From: Chrysomallon squamiferum
Taxonomy: Eukaryota; Animalia; Mollusca
DNA length: 64,000 nucleotides
Direction of reading: 5' to 3'
Assembly: GCA_012295275.1 (NCBI GenBank)
Contig: CM022670.1
Span: 4,154,001 to 4,218,000 of the forward strand
Shown in pieces: positions 13,796-28,600 of the stretch (positions are counted from its first letter, which is position 1; each line of letters begins with the position of its first letter). Made by a program: the position numbers and the translations under genes. The notes below the pieces were generated by a model that made no database searches, was not told the DNA's origin, and worked only from the letters and a program-made list of their open reading frames with translations.

Positions 13796-16700
13796 ACACA
13801 CATCTAATCTGTAAATCTATCTCTCTGTCTATATTAGCATTTACTGATATTTCCTGGCAAATCAGTTTTCAAGTATAATGAAAATATTGTGTTGTTCTAG
13901 GGTGCACACCTGTTAGCTTCTGATTTGTTGTTGCCTGTGGACCCAGCTCTTGTCGGAAACCATCGACCATTCAAGAGACGTGCTGACTTCCTCAGCAACG
14001 ATGAATACGCAACCTACGTGCGCGACAACATCCAGGTTGGCATGATGGTGGAGTGTTGTCGTACATACGAAGAAGTGCATGAAGGAGACAGAGGAAAAGT
14101 AGTCAGGGTAATTATTACTGTTTATTGCTATTCTTATTTTTAATTGTTGTTGTTGTTATTAATTACGATTTTAAGAAGATTGTTAAAATTTATGAACAGT
14201 ATCTAATGTGTTTTCATAGACCAGTGCTTCTAAAACTGTTTCTGTGCCATTGATCCTCATTTCGTTATCACAAAATTTCATTCACCTCAGACTAAATTTA
14301 ATTAGATTTGTGGTGATTTTTTAATCTGACTGACTCACTTTTTTCTCTCAGACAAAATAATTTCATTTACCAATGGGTTAAAGACATAGTCAAAATTTAT
14401 ATCTGAAGGTTATGAATTGATTCTTATAAAAGTTATTTAGATTAATTTTTATCAAGAAATGTAAATTTTGTTATTGAAATAATAGAAAGATGTCTGGTTT
14501 ATATGTTTGTTTACTTCATTTTATTATTATTATTTTAATTTTTATTATTTTTTTTTTGGTTTTCAGCTTTCAAAAATAACTGTAAAAATATAAATATATG
14601 TGTTTAATTCAACTGTGTGAAAATATAAATATATGTGTTTAATTCAACTGTGTAAAAATATAAATATATGTGTTTAATTCAACTGTGTAAAAATATAAAT
14701 ATATGTGTTTAATTCAACTGTGTGAAAATACAAATATATGTGTTTAATTTCAGCTGTGTAAAAATACAAATATATGTGTTTAATTTCAGCTGTGTAAAAA
14801 TATAAATATATGTGTTTAATTCAACTGTGAAAATATAAATATATGTGTTTAATTCAACTGTGTAAAAATATAAATACATGTGTTTAATTCAACTGTGTAA
14901 AAATACAAATATATGTGTTTAGTTCAACTGTGTAAAAATATAAATATATGTGTTTAATTCAACTGTGTAAAAATATAAATATATGTGTTTGATTTCAGCT
15001 GGACCGAGATGGTCTGCATGACTTGAACATCCAGGCAGACTGGCAGAGAAAGTCAGGTACCTACTGGGTACGCTACATTCATGTTGAACTACTGGGCTAC
15101 ATCACCTCATTAACAGGTGACTAGTTTTACTTGATATAATTAGATTTTAAAATCTACTTCTTTTCTGATTTACTCTTCTGATAATGTATTAACAATTTAT
15201 GTCCCCCCAAAAATTTCAAAACAATACATATATATATATTTTTTGTTTTATCTTCAATTGATATAGTTGTCTTACTACTTACGCTAAACATTTGTGAAAG
15301 TTAGAACATTTATAAATGGAATTTCCAAACTAAAACGTGCACCTTGTTATCAGATGTAATAGTTTTAGTAATAGTAGTATCAGTAGCACTGTTTGTACCA
15401 GTAGTAATTGACCCTGTTTTTTTTTGTTCATATATTCTTTTGTGTTTTTGCAGCTGGAAATCAGAGTATTAAAGTGGGAGACAAGGTGCGGGTAAAGCCC
15501 TCAATTATCACACCCACCTACAAGTGGGGCTCGGTGACTCATTCTAGCAGTGGCACTGTCACAGGTTAGTTTGATTACCTAAATTTCATTTCTAATTTTT
15601 GGTTGTTTGCATAATTCATTTAATTTGTAATGACATACATAAATACATACACGCTAACTTTCTGTATAAAGAAGTTGTAAGGACCATTTTCAAATTTACA
15701 TTTTAGTTTTAATTGGATTTAGTTATGTCATAATAGGCTGCAAAACTATAATAATTTTACAACATCAAGTCCCTGACTGCATTTGTCTCATTTAGTTAAT
15801 GTTTAGTTATTTATATATATACAGGGTGTCCCAGAAGTCACACACCATGAAGATTTTTATTTAGATACATATGAATAACATTTTTATTAATAATAATCAT
15901 AACAAATGCTCAAACTGCTTGCCCTCTGCATTGATACATACTTCAATTCTCTTTATAAAACTGTTTTTTACTCTGTAAATAAAAAAAAATATATATACAT
16001 GTATATGGTGCGACTTCTGGGACACCCTGTATATTTAATTATGTTTCATTGATATTTATTTATTTGTGGTTTATTATTAATTTATTTGTTTTATTATTGT
16101 TATTTATTTATTTGTTTTATTATTTTTATTTATTTAATTATAATTTATTATTGATTAGTTATTTAATTATATTTTATTACTAATTGTTTATTTGTAGCTA
16201 TCAACCCAAATGGCCGAGACTTGACAGTTGACTTTCCACAGCAAGCACACTGGACTGGAGTCATAGAAGAAATGGAACTTGTGCCAAGTACACATCCAAG
16301 AATAACGTAAGTTAGCATTTTAAACATTTCTTTCTTTGTGAAATCTGCAACATGGACACAAATCTAAAACCCTGAACTGACACACTGGCAATTCCAATTC
16401 ATAAAAATGGCAATACAGTTTTGTCTTCACATTATATATATAATGATTGCATAAATATTTTCATATTAACAGAGTGTACTAAATATCAGATAATTTATAG
16501 GTAATTATATTCCAAAACTTATTATTGAAACTGTTCATATTTTCATTTACTGAAAGAGAGGAGACATCCACTGACAACATCATTTACTGTTTATTTTTTT
16601 TGAAAATATGTTGTATGTATCTACTGACAGCATTACTAAGTTACAAATCTCTGTCATTCACTGACAGCATCATTTACTGTTTATTGTTTTTGAAAATATG

Positions 16701-17153
16701 TTGTATGTATCTACTGACAGCATTACTAAGTTACAAATCTCTGTCATTCACTGACAGCATCATTTACTGTTTATTTTTTTGAAAATATGTTGTATGTATC
16801 TACTGACAGCATTACTAAGTTACAAATCTCTGGCATTCACTGCAGGTGTAATGGCTGTCAGATGACTCCTCTGACTGGGTACAGATACAACTGCAAACTG
16901 TGTGATGACTTTGACTTCTGCGAGAATTGTTTTAAAAGTGACAGAAGCCACAAACATCCATTCAACAGAATCACTGAGCCAGGTAACATTCTAATCTTCA
17001 CTGATTTTCTAAGCCAGTTCTTATCACTGGTTTATCAACATCCATACCTTGGAACTAATCAGGCAGCAACATTTAGTTTTCACTTAAAATCACTATATTT
17101 AATAAAAAAAAATTATTAACAATTATTAAATGAGCAACATTTAGTTAAAAAAA

Positions 17154-17192
<39 letters not shown>

Positions 17193-20100
17193 TTTTATTA
17201 TTTTGATCAGGATATTTTATGTTATGGACAGTGTGCAAGCATAAAGTCAACACATTACAAAGCAGTTTTAAAACATACTTTTTTAACTCAGATTCAAAAT
17301 TAAAAATATATTTTTATTTTATTTATTTATTTATTTATATACTTTTTTAAATTTATTTTTAAATTTATTTTTTAAATATATATTTGAAGGTGGTAAACCA
17401 GTGTATGTAGGAAAACCAGGCAAGCAGCACAGATCAACATCACGTATATCTCACAGCTCCCTCATTGACAACTGGCACATGTGTGTTAAAAACATCACAG
17501 TGTCGTCACGAGAAAGCCAGGCACACAGACTGGTAGATGGCAGCAGACTCTACTGGCAGAGCTCAGGCTCACAGGGCAAGGTTAGTACTCCAGTGCAGAA
17601 TGCATTAATGAATATCTTGAGTGTAGAAAGCTGTTTAAAACAGAGATTTTCTGTGCAGTTTGGTCTTTTTGAAATGTGACAGATAACAGCGAGTACTGCA
17701 TGGATGTTTGATAAACATTTTTATTTTAATCATTTTCAGCTGAAATAATAATTATGGTTAAAGGAAAGGAAACAATTTTTTTTATAGAGCTATGTAATCA
17801 TGAAAGAATGTGATATATGCTCTTCTGCCATTTTGCTGTGCTTACAGAATACATATTAATTGTTTTGCTGTGAATGTATATTATTCAATTACTACCCCAC
17901 TGGATGTGAATAGGTATATATATCATTCTTTTTATCAGTGATTCTTTTTTATCTTCAAGTTTGTTTTGTTTAATTGTTGCAGCACTGGATTCGCTTGGAT
18001 ATGCAGCCAGACATTCTCATCAACCGGCTGTACATGGAGGTGGATCCCAGTGACTCCAGCTACATGCCATCCATGGTTGTAGTGAGTGGAGGCGAGTTTG
18101 TGCACAACCTGAAAGAACTGAGAACTGTACACATATCTTCTACCGACACACTCGTCACCCTGCTACAAGATGTCACTGACGTTAGTTGTGTTCTTCTTGT
18201 TATTGTTTGTTTATTTGTTTGTTATTTATTATTTATCACAAATAGTTGTATCAGTCATTCTTTCACTGTGTTTATTTTATATCTGTTATTTTTTCTGTCC
18301 ACCTCTATTTCATCCGGTTTGTTTCTATTTTCTCTCAGTCATTGTCTCTTTCTCTGTCTTTACTTCTTTCCAGTTGTTTTATTTTATTTTTTGTTCAAAA
18401 TATTCTTGTTTTGATAAATCTGTATAGTATAGAGATTTAGTACTTCTAATGTATATATTCACATTTTTACATTTTATGCATCAGAAAAGTAATTAAAAAC
18501 TAAAATTAATAAGGTAGATAAAGAAGAACTTTGGTAATTTCTGTTAATTATTTTGCAACATCCTTGCTTTCTGTCTTCATTTCATTATTTCATTTGCAGT
18601 ATTACCGACTGATTGAGATTGCCATTCGCCAGTGTCGAAGCAGTGGCATTGACTGCAAGGTCCACGGACTGCAGATAGTCGGCCGACTTCGGTCAGAGGA
18701 AGAAGACTTGGCAGCAAACTTCAGCTTCCTCGCATCTGACAAAGAGGAAGAGGATGATCGTCCAACACTGCAGAGCAGTCGCAAGAAACTGAGGTCTGTC
18801 GGATCAAAGGACATACAGACACATGTGTTTGTGTGGGGTCTTAACGACAAGGATCAACTAGGAGGACCTAAAGGATCAAAGGTAAAAAAAAAAATTAAAT
18901 AGAGAATGATATGTGTAGTTGTCAGTGTTCTTCATTGTCTTGTATGATCAGGTATGAATTTTAAAAACAAAAATTATTAAATCTATTTTTATTGTTATGT
19001 TTGAAGAATGTATGTTAAATATGAGACTTTTTAGCTTAGCATCAAAATGTAGTCCATGGGTCATTTTAAAAAAAACCTTCTTTCTTTTTAACTCCTATAA
19101 TAAATGAATTAACTTATCATTTTTATGTAAAAAAAAAAAAAAAAAAAAAAATGTTATTCATATATAACTTATAATTAATTGTGTTATTTTTTTCTTTCAT
19201 TGGAGATAAAATTTCCAGCCTTGAACGAAAGTCTTTCAGCTGTGAGATGTGTTCAGATAGCTGGTGGTTCAAAAAGTCTCTTTTGTGGTAAATACCATTT
19301 TTTAAAAATTTTATTCAATTTATTTCATTTAAATAACAAAACAAATCAACAACAACAAAGAAACAGAAATTATATACACACACACACACACACACACATA
19401 GACATAGACAGAGAGAGACACTTTTTACATTTATATTTTGTTTGTGTTAATGTAATTAACTGCAGTACGTTGAACTTACAATAGCACACAGTTTGAAACA
19501 GAATGTGACAGAAATAAAAGAACAGTTAATAATTTCATGTCCACAGTGACGCAGGATGGGAAGGTGTATGCATGTGGTGAAGCTACAAATGGCAGACTTG
19601 GTCTAGGAGTGAACACAGGCAATGTGTCTGTGCCGAGGGTCATGCACTCTCTGAGTCAGTATGTGGTGAAAAAAGTAGCTGTTCATTCAGGTATAATAGT
19701 TACATGTTTGTTTTCTTATCATAATTTTATATGATTAAATCTAGTTTTTCATTCCTGTGGTATTATTTTATAATACAGGTATAATTTTATTCGTGTATCT
19801 TGTTATTTTTTATTTATTTATTGTTGTTTCTTTGAGGGAGGATGCAATTAATTTAGAAATGTCCCTACTCTTTTTTTAATGTCTGTTTCTTAAGAGAAAA
19901 TAAATGGATACATTAAACAAAAATAATTAAAAAATAATAATTTAAAAACATTTGAAAGATATTTTAAAAAAAATTCATTATTAATTTGTATTTTACTCAT
20001 CTTGTTCTGGTGATCTTACTTTTTATTTCTTTAACAGAAACACTCTCTGTAGGATAAACATGGGAATTTAGTGTATTTTATAATCTTTTAGAACTCACTA

Positions 20101-22561
20101 ATCCTCAAGCTAAAGATTTTTCTAAACATTTGACAGTTAGTGTAAACTGATTTTTAATGTATTCAGGTGGTCGTCATGCAATGGCTCTGACTGTTGATGG
20201 GAAAGTGTTTTCTTGGGGTGAAGGAGATGATGGAAAACTTGGACACTCCAGCAGAATGTAGGTCTAAACAGATGTCAGATGCAACACATTTTAATTAGTC
20301 CTCACTACAGTTTGCATTCCTCATTCCTATTGTCTGTTTGTTTTTATGTGGTTCTGATGCCATCCTCATTCCATTATTTCTGTTCTACTTCAAATTATTT
20401 TTAGATCTTTTTAATTGTTTTTGTATTTTCAAGAAAGAAGGAACAAACAGCTATATGAAACAAGCTGATTAATATAAAGAATAACATATAAATGTCCATT
20501 GTCTCTTAGAGTCTGACTTCATGTGCAGAGAGGTAAAAAAAATAATATTTAAATGATGTTTTTAGGAACTGTGACATACCAAAGTTCATAGAAGCATTCA
20601 AAGCGAAGAGAGTGAGAGATATAGCATGCGGCAGTTCACACAGTGCAGCTATTATATCAAATGGAGCCCTGTACACCTGGGGTCTTGGTGATTACGGTCG
20701 ACTGGGCCATGGAGACAACACAACACAACTGAAACCAAAGCAGGTATGTCTACCACAGTCCCAACACAACTGGATTAGTGTATTTTAAAGAAAAGAAGCA
20801 AATTTTAATGAGTTTTAAATTTCATTTTCTCTTTTCTTATTCCATTACTGATTGTTAATTAAATTACATTAATTTGCTTTAATCTTCATATTTAAATTAA
20901 AATATTTTTAAAATAAAATAAAATAAAATAAATACTCCTAATATAATCAATAATGTAAATAAGAACTATTCATACTCAGCATCAAATAGCTTGAAATTTT
21001 ATGTAATGAAGATTTTCCTGTAAATGTTTTTATGTGTAAATAATGATGGTACAGTAATATTTCTTATAAGGAATGATGTTTATTTTCATCTGAAGGTAAA
21101 AGAACTGGAAGGTCAGCGAGTGATACAGGTTGCCTGTGGTAGCCGCGATGCTCAGACCATTGCACTGACCGATGAAGGCATCGTGTATTCGTGGGGCGAC
21201 GGTGACTTCGGGAAGCTGGGACGTGGAGGCAGTGATGGATGCAGCATACCACGACCAATAGATCGACTGACGGGACAGGGTGTGTGTCAGATAGAGTGTG
21301 GGGCACAGTTCTCACTGGCACTGACAAAACTGGGACAAGTCTGGACATGGTAATTATCTTATGTCATATTTGTATTATTAAAACAGCATTACATAAATTA
21401 TATTAATCACAGAAGCAGACATGACAGTGTCATAGATAGTGCCGTGATATCTTACAGTTGTATTATAATGACATTAACTGAATACTGTTTCTGATATGTA
21501 TGGCTTTAGAGTTCTTGTCAAACACCCAATACATCACAGAATTATTCCTTCACCTTACATGTGGTGGATTGTGTGTATCTGCAGCTAAATAATGTGTCTT
21601 TTATATTTGATACCTTTCATTTAATGCATTAGAATCTTTGTATAATCCAAAACCGTAGTTGGAATATACTGGATCATTGTTACCTTCTTTATGTTCTCTT
21701 AATTTCGCCATAGTTTATATGACTGGACTTTATAGTTATAGACTGAAATAATATTATACAGCTGTAGTTACAATACCATTATTATTACTTTTGTACCTAA
21801 AAGCTTATTTTTTATATATATTTAATTACATTAATCATGCTAGGGCTAATACAGTATCATTGTTGCTATGTGTTTACAGGGGTAAAGGTGATTACTTCCG
21901 ACTAGGTCATGGTACAGATGCTCACGTGAGGAAACCACAGATAGTTGAAGGTTTGAAATGCAAGAAAGTGATACATGTAGCTGTTGGTGCTCTTCATTGT
22001 CTGGCTGTTACAGACACTGGGCAGGTATGATCCCCAACTGATTTTAAAACCAAAACTATTAAATAAAACTACTTTGTTGTTATCATTATTATTGTTATTA
22101 TCATTTTCTTTTTATTATTCTTATTATTTATTTTTTTCTTCACATTCTCCAGTTTATTATATTATTTTTTCAAGTACAGAAAATTATAATTATGTTGCAG
22201 GTGTATGCGTGGGGAGATAATGACCATGGACAACAAGGTAATGGCTCTACCACAGTGAACAGAAAGCCCTCTCTGGTGCATGGTCTGGAAGGATTCAAGA
22301 TCACTAGAGTAGCCTGTGGATCATCTCACAGTGTGTGCTGGGCCACCACTGACCTGTCCACTTCCACCATACACGAAGCAGTTCTGTTTGAGACTCCCAA
22401 AGACCCACTTGGGGCATCGTTTGTAGGTAAGAGATCAATGTTTTACTAAATTTTATGAAAATCATCATATCCAGAAATTTCTCTTTTAATTAATGAATTT
22501 CATTATTGTGTAAATTCTGGCTTTAAATGTTGTGACCAGAAGCACAGTCAAACTTATGCAG

Positions 22562-22618
<57 letters not shown>

Positions 22619-25600
22619 TGTGGTGTTTAGGAATTAAGGAAGGACAAACAGAAGATGGTGTACTGGCTGTAACAGACTCTTTAAACCAGAACAAGAACAG
22701 TCGGCCATCTTTGTCAAAAATCATCCTAACTCTCGAGTCTGATGTTGAGAAGCAGAAAGCTTTGTCACATGTGTTAACTGCACTGCAAATAACATACGCA
22801 AGGTCAGTGATGATGCTTAATTTTTATTTATATATTATGCATAATTAATGCACTGCATTTAAATGCTGATTTTTATCTAATGTTTACAGGCATAATATTT
22901 TGGCATGTTACATTAGAGATCTTCCAGATATCAGAGATTCAGAATTAGTAATATTTTAATCAACTTCAACTAAATATAAATTGTCTTTTTATGACTGATA
23001 TCAGGAATGGGCTTAGTCCCTTTGACAGAGAATTCACTAGAGCACTAGAGGTGTTAATAGCATCAGTCTGTATCAGTGCTTCTATTTATCTTGTTATTTC
23101 TGCTGTTCATTTACTAAAGACCATTATTGATGCTTTCCTTTCTATAGGAAAAGCATGATAACAAATCCTTTCCAGCAGTTTGAAAGATTATCACTTGCAA
23201 CATTTTGTGTGATACGCAACAGGTGATGATATCTTACAGTGCTGAGATTATGTTGAAATATAAAAGTATTATTTTACTTGTTGTAGGGCTGCTATCATCT
23301 TGTCACTTTCGAAGGACGCTGTTCCAGACACATTGTCATCACAGGTGAGTGAGAGCGACACACTGGTTCCAGACTCCAGTGTCCAGTCAGCACTCATAGC
23401 TTCAGCTGAGAGAGCTGCAGAACAAACACAAATTGAGGATGGAGAAAAAGCTCGAGTGAGTATTAATCAAATATTTTCTTTTCTTTTTCTTTTATTTTGT
23501 ATTCTGTTTGAACAAATGTTTCCAGCTAAAATTAGCTTCAGTTTAATGGTTATGACTGGACATTGCTATAAAAAAAATTTTTAGGATTAATAAAACATAA
23601 TCTGACCGTTATCTGACAGTAATTTTAAAGTATAATAATTTTTTTTCCCCAGGCTACCTTCTTGCTTGAGATGAAATCCTTCCACAGCATGCACAGTCTG
23701 GCTGTCAAGGTGTCACCAGCCACCAGCATCATGGCTGAGACTATCACCTCAGCTGACGAGGTGACGAGGACAATTGAGTCAGAATCCACTGCATATCCAC
23801 CAGGACTGGATGAATTTACTAGCAAACTGAATGCCGATGACTCAAGAATACTAATAGACTTGCTAAAGCTGGATGTAGCTGGACGAGTTGGTTTTTCAAA
23901 CACTGACACCATTCCATCAATTCTCATGGCCTTGGGCAAGGCTTATCCTCAGGTTTGCAGTGCACATGATTGTTCATTGAAATAAACAATGCTGTGGATA
24001 TTGCCATAGAATTAGAAATACTCCATAATATTTTTTATTAATGGCAATCTTTTAATGGTAATTTTGTCACAATAAAGGTTGTGGAAATTATTTCCTTTTG
24101 ACTTTCCTTGATTATTTTCTTAATTTCATAGCTGAGATTTGTGGTTATTATATTTTGTAACTTACGTTTTATAGAATATGTTATTTTTGTTTTGTTTCAA
24201 ATATATTCTACAGTTGTTGCTAATTCAGTTTTTTTTTTCTTTTTCATTTAGATAAATCTTTATATTGCAATGATTTAATTAATACTTTAATTAAACTAAA
24301 TAAGGAATTTAGTTAAAATTTTTATATATTAAACAGTAAGGATATTTTTGTGTAGTTTTTAAATAAGTTTTATAGTTATTATTATTTTTTTAATCAGGTT
24401 GCAGAAATGGTTTTGGAGCTGTGTGTTACTGAGCTGGAAGATGTTGCCACAGATACTGATGGTGCTCGCTCAACAGCACAGCCTGTAGTTCAAGAAAGTC
24501 TCCACCCTTACACCGACGACACCTCTCAGCTGGGCCATGTTAAAATTCCAGGTCAGTTCAAATGTTTCTGTTAAGGATCAGCTTTAACTTCAGTCTTTCC
24601 AACATTACAATTATTTAATTTGATCTGTGTGTGTGTAAATTTTATTTTTTATATTTATTGCAACTTAAAATGTAGTATAAATAAAATGATCTTATTTTAT
24701 TGTTAATGCAAATTTTTTGTGCATTTCATTTTAAAATGTTGTTTATTTCATGATATTTTAAATTTTGTTTTTATTATTATTATTTTTTTTTTAAGGAGTG
24801 GAGGCACTGCGTGTTGAGTTTGACAGACGATGTTCAACAGAACGACGTCACGATCCTCTCACAATAATGGATGGCACAGGTCGAACTGTTGCTGTCAGAT
24901 CAGGTTTGTCTTGCATTTTTAAACAAAATTTACATTTCTGTTCCCTTTGTGTTTGTTTTTTGTGTTTTCTGTTTATTATTATTTTCATTAAAATTACATT
25001 TCTCATAAATTTCATAATTTCTTTTGTACATGTGTGAGTACATGGGTGCATACTTTCTGATTTGACAGTTTTTTTTTTTACTTGCTTGATTTGTTCCTGC
25101 AGGTCGAGAATGGTCTGATTGGTCACAGGAACTGCGTATCCAAGGTGACGAGCTCCGATGGAAGTTTATCTCAGACGGGTCTGTGAATGGATGGGGTTGG
25201 CTCTTCACCGTGTATCCCATCATGCCTGCAGCTGCACCTCTCGACATGCTTTCAGACAGAACCATCCTGTCACGGCCCTCCATTGACCTGGTCACCTGTT
25301 TGCTTGATTTCAAACTGGAGTTGACGATGGACAGAAGCATTATTCCAAGACTGGCAGCAGCTCTGGCAGCTTGTGCCCAGCTGAGTTCGTTAGGTAGCTG
25401 GGTTTTTCTCCTTTATAAGAGTTTTAAGCAACACTTACTCTGGTCATTAATTATATACAGAAATTTGTATTGATTCTATATATAAATTTTAAAAAGAAAA
25501 AACACTCTAGAACATTTTTTTGAAAAATTTCTTTTTCGCATTTTATATCATCACTTCTTTTGGGTTTTAATAAAAAAAAATTTCTGCATTTATGTTTTTT

Positions 25601-28600
25601 CCTTTTGTTTCTTTTTAAAGATTTTTATTTATTTAATTACTTGCCATTGAGTTTCTATTCTCATCAGTACAGAATTAAATAATAAATTTTAAGATAAAAA
25701 TATTTGAGATTTTATTTATTTATTTATTTATTTATCTATTTATCTGCATGATAATTATTTGTTTTATTTATTTTTCTATTTATTTATATTCATTTTTTAC
25801 TTAACATATGAGAAACCTATTCAGAATTTTTTTTTTATTATTATTGTATCTAGGAGCTAACCAGCGCATGTGGGCCTTGCAGAGATTACGAATGTTGATT
25901 TCGACAAACCTGAGTACATCAATGAATGTGAACTCACTAATGGCAAGTCCTACATCTGAAACCTCAGAAACTGAGGTACCCAGACCATACATGGTGAGTG
26001 AAAAAGATTTTAAATCATTTCTAGACCATACATTGTAAGTAATACAAATCTGAAGAAAGAAATTCTTATACATAGGTAATAAAATTGACAAGATTAAGAT
26101 ATTAGAGAGAAAAGAAAAGAGAAAACTTTTAATATATTGAAAGTTCACAATGCAGCATGTTAAACCTAACAGTTACTGATTACTTTAATAAAACAGTTTG
26201 AATTCATGATTACTGTTATTGTTGTGAATACTTAAACTGTATGAGCCAAAAAAAAAAAAAAGTTTATATACACATATTTATTGCAGATAAAAATAAAAAT
26301 CCAACAATAAATGTGTTTTGAAAATGTATGAAAATCCTAGAGAATAGGTTTCATAGGTTTCATAGTTCAAAAAAAAAAAAAAATTAAAAAAATAAATAAA
26401 AAACTTCCAAAATCCTGCAAGATTTTCTAAAAGGGTTTAATTAAATTTAATTTTATTTTTTTTTTTTTTATTAATATTGTTTTCTGCAGTCCATTAGTGG
26501 GTCAGCTCTGTCCACTCTGGTGAAAGGTCTTCCTGAAGCTCTTCAGCGACAGTACGAGTACGAAGACCCGATTGTCCGCAGTGGCAAACATCTGATGCAC
26601 AGTCGTTTCTTCAAAGTCCTCGTTGCCCTGGCTTGTGACCTGGGTCTCGACAGTCTGGCCTGCTGTGCAGAGGCTCACAAATGGGCCTGGTTCAGAAGAT
26701 ACTGCATGGCTGCCCGGGCTGCGTCTTCCATTGTGAAGAGAAAGCCACTGCCGGTTGGGTTTGCTGAAGAGGTGATGAAGAAAATACACGACATAGCTGC
26801 CGAAGCAGAAGATTTTTCACGAGAACATGAGAATCACAACATTTTCAAACAAGAGCAGGATGAACAGTTACTTATCTGGCTTAATAGGTAAATTTTTCCA
26901 AAAAAATTATATATATGTATGTATTCAGGTTAAAATTTGATCTTTTAAAAAAAATAAAAGGAATTAAGAAATAATGATGCTGTTTTTTTTATTATATCTT
27001 GATTATATTTTGTAAATATTATTTAAACATTTTTGTTTGTTTATAAGAATTATATTTTTCATATTTTTCTTTCTTTCTTTTTTATTTTTTTTCTCCAGGT
27101 TTTGTTAGGAATTATAATTATAACAACTGTACTGATTTTAAAATGAAATAATATTTTGGGTCTTAAACCTTTAACTATTTTTAGAAAACCTGATGACTGG
27201 ACTCTCTCCTGGGGTGGAAGTGGCCAGATCTGGGTGTGGGGTCATAACCACAGAGGTCAGCTGGGAGGAGTAGAAGGGGCAAAGGTCAAGTTACCACTTG
27301 GTTGTGAGGCTTTAGCCAGCCTGCGTCCAGTTCAACTTATCGGAGGAGAACAAACTCTGTTTGCTGTGACAGCTGATGGCAAGGTGGGTACCTACATCTG
27401 ATTTTATTTATTACCAAACTCCACATCAGTCACTGCTTGATTGATTCCTTATGTTATTGAAAAACTTCTTTTTCCTATTTAGTTTTTATAAAAATGATTA
27501 TTTGAGATATGAATGTTTAAACTGTATAGATACACACATACGTATCTAGATATGCATACAAAGTGCAGTATAATGGAGAATGTTACAGTGTACAGTGCAG
27601 ATCATTGCATTGCACTGCAATACAGTGTAGTGCAGCAGAATACAAGACAGTATTTTATATTTTTTTAGTATTATTTATTAATTTATTTATTTTAATTTTT
27701 TTTTTTTGTCTTTTGAGTTTTAAAATCTTCATTTTTGTAACCTTCGTATTTTCCTGAATAAAACACATCACACTTGTTTATGAAATCACAATGAAAAATT
27801 GTTTTCGTGTTTCAGGTCTATGCCACTGGTTATGGTGCAGGAGGAAGACTTGGAATTGGTGGGACAGACTCGGTATCAACTCCCACCTTACTGGAATCCA
27901 TTCAGCATGTTTTCATCAAGAAAGTGGCTGTCAATTCTGGAGGCAAACACTGCCTGGCTCTGTCTTCTGAGGGAGAGGTTTACTCCTGGGGGGAGGGGGA
28001 AGATGGAAAGCTTGGACATGGAAACAGAAGGTAATTTAAACTTTGAAATGTTGGGTATGGGGGAGCATAGTAACATAGTTTTAATTGTTCCTACCAGTGT
28101 CCTGTGGTTTATAAAAACAGTAGAATATGAATATCAATACCATTAATTAAAATTAGACAATCAATAGTGGCAGCAGGTTTCATGTCCATTTGATCAAACA
28201 ATAACATAAAATGAGATGAAATATGATTAAAGATTCATTCATCAGTATCGAAATTAATAACAAAAATTAATTTGTTTTAATTTTTTTTTTTTTAAACTCT
28301 CTTAATAATTCTGACATATTGTTCACTACAACTGAATTATTCGTAATAAAACAAAACATTTTTTTTTTTTCCTTTTCATTTAAGTTGTAATTATTTTTTA
28401 TTATCATTCTGGAAACTGTTAGACACCTCTAATTTTCATTATCAAAGACCTCAATCAAGAAAAAATATCCAAACTTTATTTTTATTATTTTTCACTCAGT
28501 CCCTGTGACAGACCACGAGTTATTGAATCCCTGCGAGGGAAGGAGGTGACTGACATCTCTGCAGGAGGGGCACACAGTGCCTGCATCATGGCCAGTGGGG

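Larger units (their letters stand above)
12427..18881 (+). other. HERC2: HERC2 UBA-like, CPH, ZZ zinc finger and DOC/APC10 domain exons
   Basis: [18 protein letters not shown] (UBA-like); [23 protein letters not shown]...[11 protein letters not shown] (CPH); [34 protein letters not shown]...H.H (ZZ); [15 protein letters not shown]...DSSYMPS...GIDCKVHGL (DOC). Confidence 0.92.

Noticed and set aside
22803-23286. Intronic C/D or H/ACA snoRNA (GTGATGA at 22806 and 23223; small hairpin at ~23130-23158)
   Set aside because: No properly spaced box pair with a terminal stem that I could support; would need snoscan or Infernal. No SNORD-like cluster is visible.
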